Shown here piece after piece: positions 1 through 11,760 of a DNA stretch of 64,000 nucleotides. Source of the stretch: Squalus acanthias. Taxonomy: Eukaryota. Numbering within the stretch: position 1 is the stretch's first letter; every line of letters starts with the position of its first letter. The notes below the pieces were generated by a model, which did not search any database, had not been told where the DNA came from, and was given only the letters and a program-made list of their open reading frames with translations. The DNA is taken from assembly GCA_030390025.1 (NCBI GenBank), contig CM059433.1, forward strand, positions 18,292,001 through 18,356,000, read 5' to 3'. A program made the position numbers and the translations under genes.

Positions 1-122
1 TGAAAACTACAAAAGCTCCCAGCACACATCCCTGGAGCATGCCGACATCCAATCCTGTCATTTGAAAACCATCCAATTAACTTTTGCTTTCTATCCCCCA
101 GCCATCCTGCGATCCATGCAGC

Positions 123-450
123 TGTACTCCCTTTCATACCATGTACTCCCTTTCATACCATGTACTCCCTTTCATACCATGTACTCCCTTTCATACCATG
201 TACTCCCTTTCATACCATGTACTCCCTTTCATACCATGTACTCCCTTTCATACCATGTACTCCCTTTCATACCATGTACTCCCTTTCATACCATGTACTC
301 CCTTTCATACCATGTACTCCCTTTCATACCATGTACTCCCTTTCATACCATGTACTCCCTTTCATACCATGTACTCCCTTTCATACCATGTACTCCCTTT
401 CATACCATGTACTCCCTTTCATACCATGTACTCCCTTTCATACCATGTAC
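123..450. repeat. Minisatellite, 19-bp unit TGTACTCCCTTTCATACCA, 17 perfect copies plus a partial
   Basis: Seen directly; it explains the three repetitive ORFs at 62-540. Confidence 0.97.
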
Positions 451-727
451 CTTAATGTTCATGAAAAGTCTCTTGTGTGGCACTTTACTAAATGCCTTCT
501 GAAAATCCATCTGCACAACATTCAGTGCATCTATGCATGATGATTTCCTCAAAAAGTTTTATTAGTTAAGCACTTTGCAAATCAATGCTATTACTGATTA
601 GCGCCTGGCTTTAATACACCATTTTCATCCTGTACAATGGACTGTAAAAGTTTATCCGCAACTCTGGCAAGACCAACTGGTCTATAAATTCCTGGCTAAT
701 CTTTCCCCCTTGCTTAAGCATCGTTTA

Positions 728-3700
728 ATTTTTTTAATTCGTTCATGGGATGTGGGCGTCGCTGGCAAGGCCAGCATTTATTGCCCATGCCTAGTTGCCC
801 TTGAGAAGGTGGTGGTGAGCCGCCGCCTTGAACCGCTGCAGTCCGTTTTGTGAAGGTACTCCCATAGTGCTGTTAGGGAGGCAGTTCCAGGATTTTGACC
901 CAGCGACGATGAAGGATCGGCGATATACTTCCAAGTCAGGATGGTGTGTGACTTGGAGAGAAACTTGGAGGTGGTGGTGTTCCTGCTGCCCTTGTCTTTC
1001 TAGGTGGTAGAGGTCACGGGTTTGGGAGGTGCTGCTGAAGAAGTCTTGGCGAGTTGCTGCAGTGCATCTTGTAGATGATACAAACTGCAGCCACGGTGCG
1101 CCGGTGGTGGAGGGAGTAAATGTTTAAGGTGGTGGATGGGTTGCCAATCAAGCGGGCTGCTTTGTCCTGGATGGTGTCGAGCTTCTTGAGTGTTGTTGGA
1201 GCTGCACTCATCCAGGCAAGTGGAGAGTTTTCCATCACACTCCTGACTTGTGCCTTGTAGATGGTGGAAAGGCTTTGGGGAGTCAGGAGGTGAGACACTC
1301 GCCGCAGAATACCCAGCCTCTGACCTGCTCTTGTTGCCACAGTATTTATGTGGCTGGTCCAGTTAAGTTTCTGGTCAGTGGTGACCCCCAGGATATTAAT
1401 GGTGGGGGATTTGGTGATGGTAATGCTGTTGAATGTCGGGGGGTGGTAGTTAGACTATCGTTTGTTGGAGATAGTCATTGTCTGGCACTTGTGTGGTGCA
1501 AATGTTATCTGCCACTTGTCAGCCCAAGCCTGAATGTCGTCCAAGTCTTGCTGCATGCGGGCATGGACTGCTTCATTATCTAAGGAGTTGCGAATGGCAC
1601 TGAACACTGTGCAGTCATCAGCGAACATCCCCACTTCTGACCTTATGATGAGGGAAGGTCATTGATGAAGCAGCTGAAGATGGTTGGGCCTAGGACACTG
1701 CCCTGAGAAACTCCTGCAGCGATGTCCTGGGGCTGTGATGATTGACCTCCAACCACCACAACCATCTTCCTTTGTGCTAGGTATGACTCCAGCCAGTGGA
1801 GAGAGTTCCCCTTGATGCCCATTGACTTCAGTTTTACTAGGGCTCCGTGATGCCACACTCGGTCAAATGCTGTCTTGATGTCAAGGGCAGTCGCTCTCAT
1901 CTCACCTCTGGAATTCAGCTCTTTTGTCCATGTTTGGACCAAGGCTGTAATGAGGTCTGGAGCCGAGTGGTCCTGGCAGAACCCAAACTCGGCATCAGTG
2001 AGCAGGTTATTGGTGAGTAAGTGTTGCTTGATAGAAGGTGTTGTCGACAGTACTATCACTTTGCTGATGATGGAGAGTAGACTGATGGGGCGGTAATTGG
2101 CCGGATTGGATTTGTCCTGCTTTTTGTGGACAGGACATACCTGGGCAGTTTTCCACATTTTCAGATAGATGCCAGTGTTATAGCTGTACTGGAACAGCTT
2201 GGCTAGAGGCGCGGCTAGTTCTGGAGCACAAGTCTTTAGCACGACAGTCGGGATGTTGTCGGGTCCACAGCCTTTGCTGTATCCAGTGCGTTCAGCCATT
2301 TCTTGATATCACGTGGAGTGAATCGAATTGGCTGAAGACTGGCTTCTGTAGTGGTGGGGACCTCAGGAGGAGGTCGATATGGATTATCCACTCGGCACTT
2401 CTGGCTGAAGATGGTTGCAAACGCTTCAGCTTTGTCATTTGCACTCATGTGCTGGGCTCCACCATCATTGAGGATGGAGATATTCATGGAGCCTCCTCCT
2501 CCTCCCGTTAGTTGTTTAATGGTCCACCACCATTCACGAATGGATGTGGCAGGACTGCAGAGCTTTGATCTGATCCGTTGATTGTGGGTTTGCTTAGCTC
2601 TGTCTAAAGCATGCTGCTTCTGCTTTTTAGCATGCATGTAGTCCCGTGTTGTAGCTTCCCCAGGTTGGCACCGCATTTTTAGAGAAGTCTGGTGCTGCTC
2701 CTGGCATGCTCTTCTACACTCCTCATTGAACCAGGGTTGGTCCCCTGGCTTGATGGTAATGGTAGAGTGAGGAATATGCCGGGCCATGAGGTTACAGATT
2801 GTGGTGGAATACAATTCTGCTGCTGCTGATGGCCCACTGCGCCTCATGGATATCCAGTTTTGAGCTGCTAGATCTGTTCTGAATCTATCCCATTTAGCAT
2901 GGTGGTAGTGCCACACAACATGATGGAGGGTGTCCTCAGTGTGAAGATGGGACTTCGTCTCCACAATGACTGTGTGGTCGTCAGTGCTACCAATGCTGTC
3001 ATGGACAGATGCATCTGCGACAGGTAGATTGGTGAGGACGAGGTCAAGTAGGTTTTTCCCTCGTGTTGGTTCTCTCACCACCAGTCGCAGGCCCAGACTG
3101 GCAGCTATGTCCTTCAGGACTCGGCCAGCTCGGTCAGTAGTGGTGCTACCGAGCCACTCTTGGTGATGGACATTGAAATCCCCCACCCAGAGTGGCCTTG
3201 CTACTCTGTGTTTTTCTAAGTGATGTTCAACATGGAGGAGTACTGATTCATCAGCTGAGGGAGGGCGGTAGGTGGTAATCAGCAGGAGGCTTCCTTGCCC
3301 ATGATTGACCTGAAGCCAGAGTCAATGTTGAGGATTCCCAGGGCTACTCCTTCTCAACTGTATACCACCGTGCCGCCACCCCTGGTGGATCTGTCCTGCC
3401 GGTGGGACAGGGCATACCCAGGGATGGTGATGGAGGAGTTTGGACATTGGTTGAAAGGTATAATTCTGAGTGTGAGCGTCAGACTGTTGCTTGACTAGTC
3501 TGTGGGACAGCTCTCCCAATTTTGGCACAATTCACCAGATGTTGGTGAGGAGGACTCTGCAGGGTCGACTCGTCTGGGTGTGCCAGTGCCGAGGTCGATG
3601 CCAGGTGGTCCGTCCGGTTTTATTCTTGTTTTTCGTAGCAGTTTTTTACAACTGAGTGGCTTGCTGGGACATTTCAGAGGGCAGTTAAGAGTCAACAACA

Positions 3701-3960
3701 TTGCTGTGGGTCTGGAGTCACATATCGGCCAGATGGCAGATTTCCTTCCCTAAAGAACATTAGTGAACCAGATGGGTTTTTACGACAATCCGATAGTTTC
3801 ATGGTCACCATTACTGATGCTAGCTTTTTATTCCAGATTTATTTAATTAACTGAATTTAAATTGCCCGGCTGCCGTGGTGAGATTTGAACTCACGTCTCA
3901 GGATCATCAGTCCAGGCCTCTGGATTACTAGTCCAGTAACATAACCACTATGTTACCGTT
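728..3960 (-). mobile_element. Near full-length non-LTR retrotransposon (APE + RT, CR1/L2 group), frameshifted, with a tRNA-like 5' end
   Basis: APE motifs (VPKLGELSHRLVKQQ, GDFNVHH, LLDLVLTN), RT motifs (YRPISLLS, LDIKTAFDRVWH, GSVLGPTIF), C-terminal SPLAWMSAAPTTLKKLD, and 3' tail GCCAGCGACGCCCACATCCCATGAACGAA-A(n) shared with four other copies in the window. Confidence 0.9.
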
Positions 3961-6900
3961 CCCACCCCCCTCAGTCCCTTAGGTCTATTCCTGTTTCTAA
4001 AGACTTTTGGAAAATTATGGTTAGTGTCTCCACCATCTCTTTGTCAACCAATTTCTATTTTTAGTTTTATTATTTTCACCTTCCTGTGCAAAAAATGGAT
4101 GCTTAATGCTTCAACGTCTCTGCCATTTCCTCACCCTGAAGTACAAGATAGCCTCTCCTTGTTTAACTAAAGTTTTAACTTTTGAGTGCTAATAAAACCC
4201 TTGCGAGTTCTCTTACATTGACCAATAGTTGTCTTTCATCAAGGAAAGAAAATAGCGGTGGGGGTGGGGACTTGACTATTATTTTAAATAGTGCTGCAGC
4301 CACGCCCAATGTTAAAGGAAAATAGACATGAGAGCAAAAGCACTTTGGAATTTGTTTTTAAGTCTTCTTGCTAGTACTGACTCCATCTCTACTCTTATCT
4401 CTTCATAATATAGTGGCTGCTTCAGCAATGACATGCACAATCTCAAATGGTTTAACGGAGGGTTTTATGAGTATTGCTAATATTTCAAACTTCTATATAT
4501 ATATATATACTTGTGAAATGCATGCTCCCTTTTTTGTGGAGAAAGGTGGAGGAGAGGAAAAGGAATCAAAACTAAACTGTCATCAGAAATAATTTACAGA
4601 AGTAGTTTTGTATTGGTGAGTTTCAGTCAGACAATCGATCTCTCTCAAATGATGTGTGTTCTGATTTTTGTCTGAAAGGCGATGGCATCCAACGGAACTT
4701 TTTATGCTCGAACAATAAACCATTCTGTCAGTTATTTTGCCTGCCTGCACATTTTTGTCATAACAGAAGGGCATTTCTAACTTCTGAGACTTTGGTGCAG
4801 TCCCAGTATAAGAAGCTGTAGACATATATCTTTTCAACATACAAATCCAACGCAGCATTGTATTCGTGGAGAGGTTTTGGTATCTTTTGGGATTGTAGTA
4901 GTTTACTTTCTTGTAGGTGTATTATTACCACTGGCTGTGTTTTATTTTATAAACCATTTTCTCTCCTTTGCTGAAGATGCTGACTCATGCTGGAGCATGG
5001 GCCCTTGTCAAAACACATACTCTTCTTGTGTGCCCCAAGGTCGTGAGTACTGCCAAGCAAATAAGAACATAAGAAATAGGAGCAGGTGTCAGGCCATTTG
5101 GCCCTTCGAGCCTGCTCTGCCATTCAATAAGATCATGGCTGATTTTCTACCTCACCTCCACTTTCCTGCACTGTCCCCATATCCCTTGATTCCCTTAATA
5201 TTCAAAAATCTGTCGACCTCTGTCTTGAATATACTCAACGACTGAGCCTCCACAGCCCTCGGGTAGAGAATTCCAAAGATTCACCACCCTCTGAGTGAAG
5301 AAATTTCTCCTCATCTCAGTCCTAAATGGTCGACCCCTTATTCTGAGACTCTGACCCCTGGTTCTCGACTCCCCAGCCAGGGGAAACATCCTACCAGCAT
5401 CTACCCTGTCAAGCCTTGTAAAAATGTTGTATGTTTCAATGAGATCACCTCTCATTCTTCTAAACTCTAGAGAATATCGGTCTAGTCTACTCAATCTCTC
5501 CTCATAGGACAAACCCCCATCCCAGGAATCGGTCTGGTGAACCTTCATTGCACTCCCTCCATGGCAAGTATATCCTTAGGTAAGGAGACCAAAACTGTAC
5601 ACAATCTAGGTGTGGTCTTACCTGGGCCTTATATAATTGCAGTAAGACGTCTTTACTCTTATACTCAATCCTCTTGTAATAAAGGCCAACATACCATTTG
5701 CTTTCCTAATTAACATGCAGGTGTACAGCAAGCAACTTTCAGTGATTTGTGTACAAGGACACCCAAGTCCCTCTGAACACCAACATTTCACAATCTCTCA
5801 CCATTTAAAAAATACTCTGGCTTTCTATTTTTCCTACCAAAGTGGATAACTTCACATTTCTCCTCATTATATTACTTTTGCCATGTTCTTGACACTCACT
5901 TAGCCTGTCTATATTCCCTTGAAGCCTCCTTGCATCCTCCTCATAACTTACATTTCCACCCAGCTTTGTATCATCAGCAAACTTGGATACCTTACATTTG
6001 GTCCCCTCATCCAAATCATTGATGTAGATTGTAAATAGCTGAGGCCCAAGCACTGATCCTTGCGGTACCCCACTATTTACGGCCTGCCAACCTGAAAATG
6101 ACCTATTTATTCCTACTCTCTGTTTTCTGTCCGTTAACCAATCCGCAATCCATGCTAGTATATTACCCCCAATCCCATGAGCCCTAATTTTGTTTAATAA
6201 CCTCTTGTGTGGCACCTTATCGAATGCCTTCTGAAAATCCAAATACACCACATCCACTGGTTCCCCCTTATCTATTCTGCTAGTTACAACCTCAAAAAAC
6301 CTCTAACAAATACGTCAAATACGATTCCCCTTTCATAAATCCGTGTTGACTTTGCCCAATCCTATTATTATTTTCTAAGTGCCCTGTTACCACACCCTTA
6401 ATAATAGATTCTAGCATTTTCCCTACTACTGATGTCAGGCTAACTAGTCTGTAGCTCCCTGTTTTCTCTCTCCCCTCCTTTCTTAAATGGTGCAGGGTGC
6501 CATTGATGGGGAATAAGTACAATTTTTTTACGAATACTAATTTCTTTCAGTTCCTCATTCTCGCTCGACCCTTGGTTCTCCACTATTTCTGGGATGTTTT
6601 TGCGTCTTCTGTGAAGACAGACACAAAGTATTTGTTTAATTTCTCTGCCATTTCCTTATTCTCCATTATAATTTCTCCTGACTCAGTCTGTAAGGGGCCC
6701 ACATTTACTTTTGCTAATCTTTTCCTTTTTACGTACCTTTAGAAGCTTTTGCAGTCTGTTTTTATGTCTCTCGCTAGTTTACCCTCATGTTCTATTTTCC
6801 CTTTCTTTATCAATTTCTTGGTCCTCCTTTGCTGAATTCTAAAATCCTCCCAATCTTAAGGCTTACTATTTTTGGCACATTATAAGCCTCTTCCTTTGAT

Positions 6901-8140
6901 CTAATACTATCTTTAACTTCTCTTGTTAGCCACGGTTGGACCACCTTTCATGTGGGGTTTTTGTTGTAAATTATGTATTCTTTAAATGCTAGCCATTGCT
7001 TGTCTATCGTTTTACCTTTTAATGTAGTTTCCCAATCTACCTTAGCCAACTCACCTTGCTTTGTTTAGATTTAAGACCCTAGTTTTGGATTTAACTAAAT
7101 CACTTTCAAACTTAATATAAAATTCTATCATATTATGGTCACTCTTCCCTAAAGGCCCCTTTACTAGAAGTTAATTAATTAACCCTTTCTCATTGCACAA
7201 TACTAGATCTAAAATAGCCTGTTCCCTCGTTGGTTCCTCAACATACTGATTTAGAAAACTATCTTCCATACATTCCATGAATTTGTCCTCTGCGTTATTA
7301 CTGCAAATTTGGTTTACCCAGTCTATATGTAGATTAAAGTCCCCCATGATTACTGTATTACCCTTGTTACATGTGCCTCTAATTTCCTGATTTATACTCT
7401 GCCCTACATTACAACTACTGTTTGGGGGCTGATAAACAACTCCCAGTAATGTTTTCTGCCCCTTGCTGTTTCTTAGCTCTACCCAAACTGATTCTACTTC
7501 TTGATTTTCGGAGCTAAGATCCTTTCTCTCTACTGTCTTTATCCCATCCTTTATTATCAGGGCTACCCCTCCTCCTTTTCCATTTTGCCTATCTCTTCTA
7601 AAAGTTAAGTATCCTGGAATATTTAGTTCCCAACCTTGGCCACTTTGCAACCACGTCTCCGTTATGGCTATTAGATCAAACCTGTTCATTTCTATCTCCG
7701 CTATTAATTCATCTATTTTGTTGCGAATGCTTCGCGCATTCAGATATAGTGCGTTTAGCTTTAACTTATTTCTATTTTTCCCTGATGTCACCTTAGTCAA
7801 TGATCCTTTGTTATTCTCTCTGTCCCTTCCTGACCCACCCAGCTTATTTTTACCCAAAACTCTACTCTGCTCTAGAGCCTTGACGTTTCTCTCTCTCTCA
7901 AATTTGCGCTCTCCTGAATCCTTCCACCTCCCCTTCATTAGTTTAAAGCCATGTCTACTGCCCTAGCTATTCGGTTCGCCAGGACACCGGTCCATGCCCA
8001 GTTTAAGTGGAGCCCGTCCCAACGGAATAGCTCCCTCTTTCCTCAGTACTGGTGATGTGGAGATGCCGGTGTTGGACTGGGGTGGACAAATGTGAGAAGT
8101 CGCACAACACCAGGTTATAGTCCAACAGTTTTATTTGAAA

Positions 8141-8177
8141 TCACAAGCTTTCGGAGCGCTGCTCCTTCGTCAGGTGA
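8141..8177 (-). ncRNA. Minimal hammerhead ribozyme, antisense twin of 8180-8216
   Basis: Exact reverse complement of the + strand motif. Confidence 0.78.
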
Positions 8178-8179
8178 CT

Positions 8180-8216
8180 TCACCTGACGAAGGAGCAGCG
8201 CTCCGAAAGCTTGTGA
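8180..8216 (+). ncRNA. Minimal type I hammerhead ribozyme (Penelope pLTR type)
   Basis: TCAC-CTGACGA-aGGAGC agc GCTCC-GAAA-GC-T-T-GTGA: CUGANGA and GAAA core, stem II GGAGC/GCTCC, palindromic stem III AAGCTT, stem I TCAC/GTGA. Confidence 0.8.
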
Positions 8217-9276
8217 TTTCAAATAAAACTGTTGATCTCTAACCTGGTGTTGTGCGACTTCTCACACTCAGTACTGGTGCCAGTGCCCCATGAACTGAAA
8301 CCCCTTCCTCCCACACCAGTCTTTGAGCCATGCATTTAAACCGCTAATCTGTTTGTCCCTATGCCAATTTGCACGTGGCTCAGGTAACAATCCAGAGATC
8401 ATTACCTTTTGAGGTTCTGCTTTTTAATTTGGATCCTAGCTCAAACTCCCTCAACAGAACCTCATTCCCAGTTCTACCTGTGTCGTTGGTTCCTACGTGG
8501 ACCACGACAACTGGATCCTTCCCCTCCCACTCCAAGTTCTTCTCCAACTCGAGGAAATGTCTTTAACCCTGGCACTGGGCAGGCAACACAACCTTCGGAA
8601 CTCTCGGTCGCGGCTATCCCCTTGACTATACTGTCCCCTACCACAACTGCATTCCCTTTTACTCCCCCCACCCCCACCCCCCCAAACTTGAATGGCCTCC
8701 TGCACCATGGTCAGCTTGCTCATCCATCCTGCAGGCTTTTCCCTCATCCACACAGGCAGCAAGAACCTCATACCTGTTGGACAAGGGCAAAGGCTGAGGC
8801 TCCTCTAGCATTGCACCTGGGGTCCCCTTACCTGCCTGAGTTGCAGTCACACCCTCCTGTCCCTGGCCACTAATCAACAGCTAGAAGGTGGGAAGACATC
8901 GCGATAAGTCCAGTCCTGCCCTCAACTGAACTCTGGTGCCTCTCCCACTTGGGTACTGCTCCTATTCCTCCTGTACCTGCCACTGTAAGTCCCCTGTTCT
9001 CCCAGGGATTGTGGGCTAGCTGTCTGCACCAAGTTTCCGTTCCCTGAACTGCTGTTGGTTGCTCCAGGTCCTGCTCTGCGACTCCAGCCCCTGCTTTAGT
9101 CTTTTCACCTTTCCTGCCCCTCAAGTACTGTAAGTTTACAAGCCCCTCTCTAAACTTGTGCTCGTTTATTTTTTTCCTCTAAAAGATTGCTGCAGTTGAC
9201 ACTTTCCTTAGGATATAAATAAATGTAAACCATTTTGTAATAGATCTGTTAAAATAACTGCAGAGACTGAACACCC

Positions 9277-9714
9277 TGTGCCCGCTCAATTTCCGCTCAT
9301 CGCCATCTTAACTGGGCCCTTTTTTAGGTGGCTGAGGTGCCCGCCTGACTTGCGCGGGAGCCTCATTAATGCATCCAAATCGGGTCTTATAATGTCATTA
9401 GGACCCCGATGGCATTTCAACAGCCTACCGAGCAAATGCTTCTCCGAGCCCCATATGGAAAGACTTGGGCTCCACTGCTCCGGAGTATCTCTTTCCCCCC
9501 CCCCACAACCAGCGAAATGGACCCCATCACTCCCCACCTTGCTGCCCCTGTAATTTTGATCTGCCTGAAGCTGCCTCTTTCTGCCCGTTTTGTGCAGGCA
9601 GCAGGCTGGGGCGATGCAACTGCGGCCCAAGAGTTAATATAGCCCGGGCCTCAAACCGATGAGGCTTATCCTGCCCCACCTGCCAAAAACCCGCTCCCAG
9701 TTAAAATCCGCCCC
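9277..9714. mobile_element. Partial MITE / non-autonomous DNA transposon
   Basis: GC-rich island ending in AAAATCCGCCCC, like the ends of other MITEs here; no matching left TIR seen. Confidence 0.45.
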
Positions 9715-10383
9715 ACGGCTTCTCAAAGTAAGAGAGCAGACATCCAGCATATTAATCATCCACCAATTCTGTTACTATTTCAAAGGACTCTAGTTATTTT
9801 CTTGGGTGTGACTTGCTTTTATAAATAGACACTGGCTTCAGGCACTGTCTTGTTAAGTTGCTTATAATTGTTTTCTTCATAATGACTTAACATCTATACT
9901 CTTTGGAGTCTAGGAGGCCAGCTATTCTTGGGATCAGCTTCCGACCTTTAAAATGAGAACATTAGCTATTTTCCAAGCTTGTGGTACTTGCCGACCTTGT
10001 TCTCTCTCTCTCTCTTTCTCTCGTTTTAATTGTAGCATAGTTTGGCTGCCTCTAACCTTTGGACTTAAAAAGCTGTGCTGTTGTATATTCACAGCAACAA
10101 ATGAGACCCTGTCACTAGACCTGTTCAGTGTCGTTAAATGTAACTTTTATTGAAAGAAAAAGGTAACAAAGTTCTATAGAAAGTACACTTCAATAAAACT
10201 GCCTTTGCGCTGGAGAAGCCTGGGATGAATTCCTTGTGGTAGATCATTTTGCACGAGCAGGCCTTGTGACCTCGAACATCACAATCAAATTCCTGAAAAA
10301 GAAACACATTTGATAAACTGTTGGAAATATTTCTGCATCTTGTTTATCAAAAGGAAGCCCCTCTCTCTGTCAAATGACATATG

Positions 10384-11090
10384 GGGCCGTATATTCCGAT
10401 CCCTACGGGACATTGGAAATGCTGGTTTCAGGCATGCCAAGTGCATGTGCTGAAAACTGGCATTTCTGATCTGTCAAGAATGCTCTGGACAGTTCGGAAG
10501 CCTGCCCTGCAGAAGGGCCTCTGCGGGTGGAGAGTTCCGCTTTCTGGAGAACCTCCGTCCGCAGAAAACCCTTAGAAATCTTACGCCTGGTAAAAGCAGG
10601 CGTAAGGCCTGCTTTTACCAGCATAAGATTTGGAAAAAAGTAAAAAAAAATAATAATTCACTCATTTATCATTTAAAAATACTTTTAAAAAAGGTAAGTT
10701 TATTTTTAGCCCCGTAAAAAAACTTTAATTATTTTTTCAAAAAATTAAATTTTTGTTTAAAATATTTAATTTATTGTAATTTCAACTAATTTTAAAAATG
10801 TGACTTTGAAGTGTTTTTGGGGTGATCTCCATTCATATATTTGACAGGTCTATCTGTCAAGTGTATGAAGGGAGATTCCCTTCTTTGATTGGCTCCCCAT
10901 GGCCCACGTGATCCCAGGAACGCTTGCGAACCTCCTGCGCCTCTGGGATACGCGGGCCCTGCGCATTTCGAATTGGAGAGGCCCAGGAGCGGAAGTGTCC
11001 GGACCTCGGGAGCCCTCGGGTAAGTCCGTAGATTTTTTCCAGATTAGAGGCCTCCGCACGCGGGAAGCCTCCGATCGGAAAATACGGCCC
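10384..11090 (+). mobile_element. MITE family A, copy 1
   Basis: TIR GGGCCGTATATTCCGATC ... GATCGGAAAATACGGCCC; AT-rich centre; homologous to 15291-16031 and 25035-25778. Confidence 0.85.
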
Positions 11091-11488
11091 TTTATGTTTG
11101 TCCCAGATACTGCAGTATTGAATTTTTTATAACCATCAATAGAACCGCCAGGAGTGCTGTGCTTCTGACTTTTCTACATTTCCTTTGAGTTTGCCCAAGC
11201 CTCGCACTTGTGTCAACCAAGAGAGTGGGGGGGGGCAGGCAGCCTGTTTCCCTGACGCTGAAGATCCTGATGCACAGTCAGCTGCAGAAAGCTGCCTGGA
11301 ACTACCCTCCTGAGGACCCACCCGCATTGTGCTTTGCGCCTTCCCTTGAGCAGCACAAATATCGGGTACTCACCATGTGATAAATCACAGCCTTTGTGCC
11401 ATAGTTCGTTGGTGGTCCAATTCACTGCTCCACCCGGCCAATTTTCTGTGGGTCATTTTTATTCTTTCTAGGGTTCAGTTCAATACGA

Positions 11489-11760
11489 AATAATTTAATT
11501 TGATTAACCTCAACCGAACCAACTTTTGGGAAAATTTTTTTAACTTCGTGAGGCGTCACCGTGAGCTCGGTGCTGGCCTCACAACATTCTGCTCGGGCAA
11601 AGCACAGCTCCAGTGCATGCACCGTTCAACCACGTGCTGAGCTCTGGGCATTGGAGTCCACTTGCTGGAGAAATAGTTTATCTTGAAGAACAGACTGTCC
11701 TATTCGTTCGTTTACTGACCTTCGAAACGGAAAGGCAATGCGGTTGACTGGTTGGGAGCT
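11489..11760. repeat. Unclassified ~275-bp dispersed repeat, copy 1
   Basis: Aligns by eye with 18001-18280, including the identical block GAGCTCGGTGCTGGCCTCACAACATTCTGCTCGGGCAAAGCAC. Confidence 0.8.

Larger units (their letters stand above)
8054..8266. mobile_element. Penelope-derived pseudo-LTR insertion forming an inverted repeat, nested in the CR1
   Basis: Flanked by the direct repeat CTCAGTACTGGT (8042-8053 and 8267-8278). Arms 8091-8177 and 8180-8266 are reverse complements. The same sequence forms the end of the GIY-YIG-coding fragment at 45401-45957. Confidence 0.88.
5061..9130 (-). mobile_element. CR1 (HER1-like) LINE, decayed, with ORF1 esterase remnant and ORF2 APE/RT
   Basis: LYLNARSIRNK, IAITETW and GDFN (APE); [23 protein letters not shown] and KFADDTK (RT); GDSIVKG-type ORF1 remnant at ~8480-8680; CR1 3' tail ending in TTCTTATGTTCTTAT at 5061. 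The 5' boundary is approximate. Confidence 0.92.

Noticed and set aside
62..540. Three overlapping repetitive ORFs
   Set aside because: They are a by-product of a stop-free 19-bp tandem repeat.
3868..3960. tRNA genes (also SINE heads at ~13830-13896, 34900-34970 and 35073-35145)
   Set aside because: Only A/B boxes are kept, there is no complete cloverleaf, and each is continuous with a retroelement body.
1014..7938. Intact or domesticated RT/endonuclease genes
   Set aside because: All LINE and PLE ORFs in the window are broken by frameshifts or stops.
8091..8266. MITE or pre-miRNA interpretation of the hairpin
   Set aside because: The arms are Penelope pLTR sequence (matching 45405-45490) and the long TSD fits retrotransposition.
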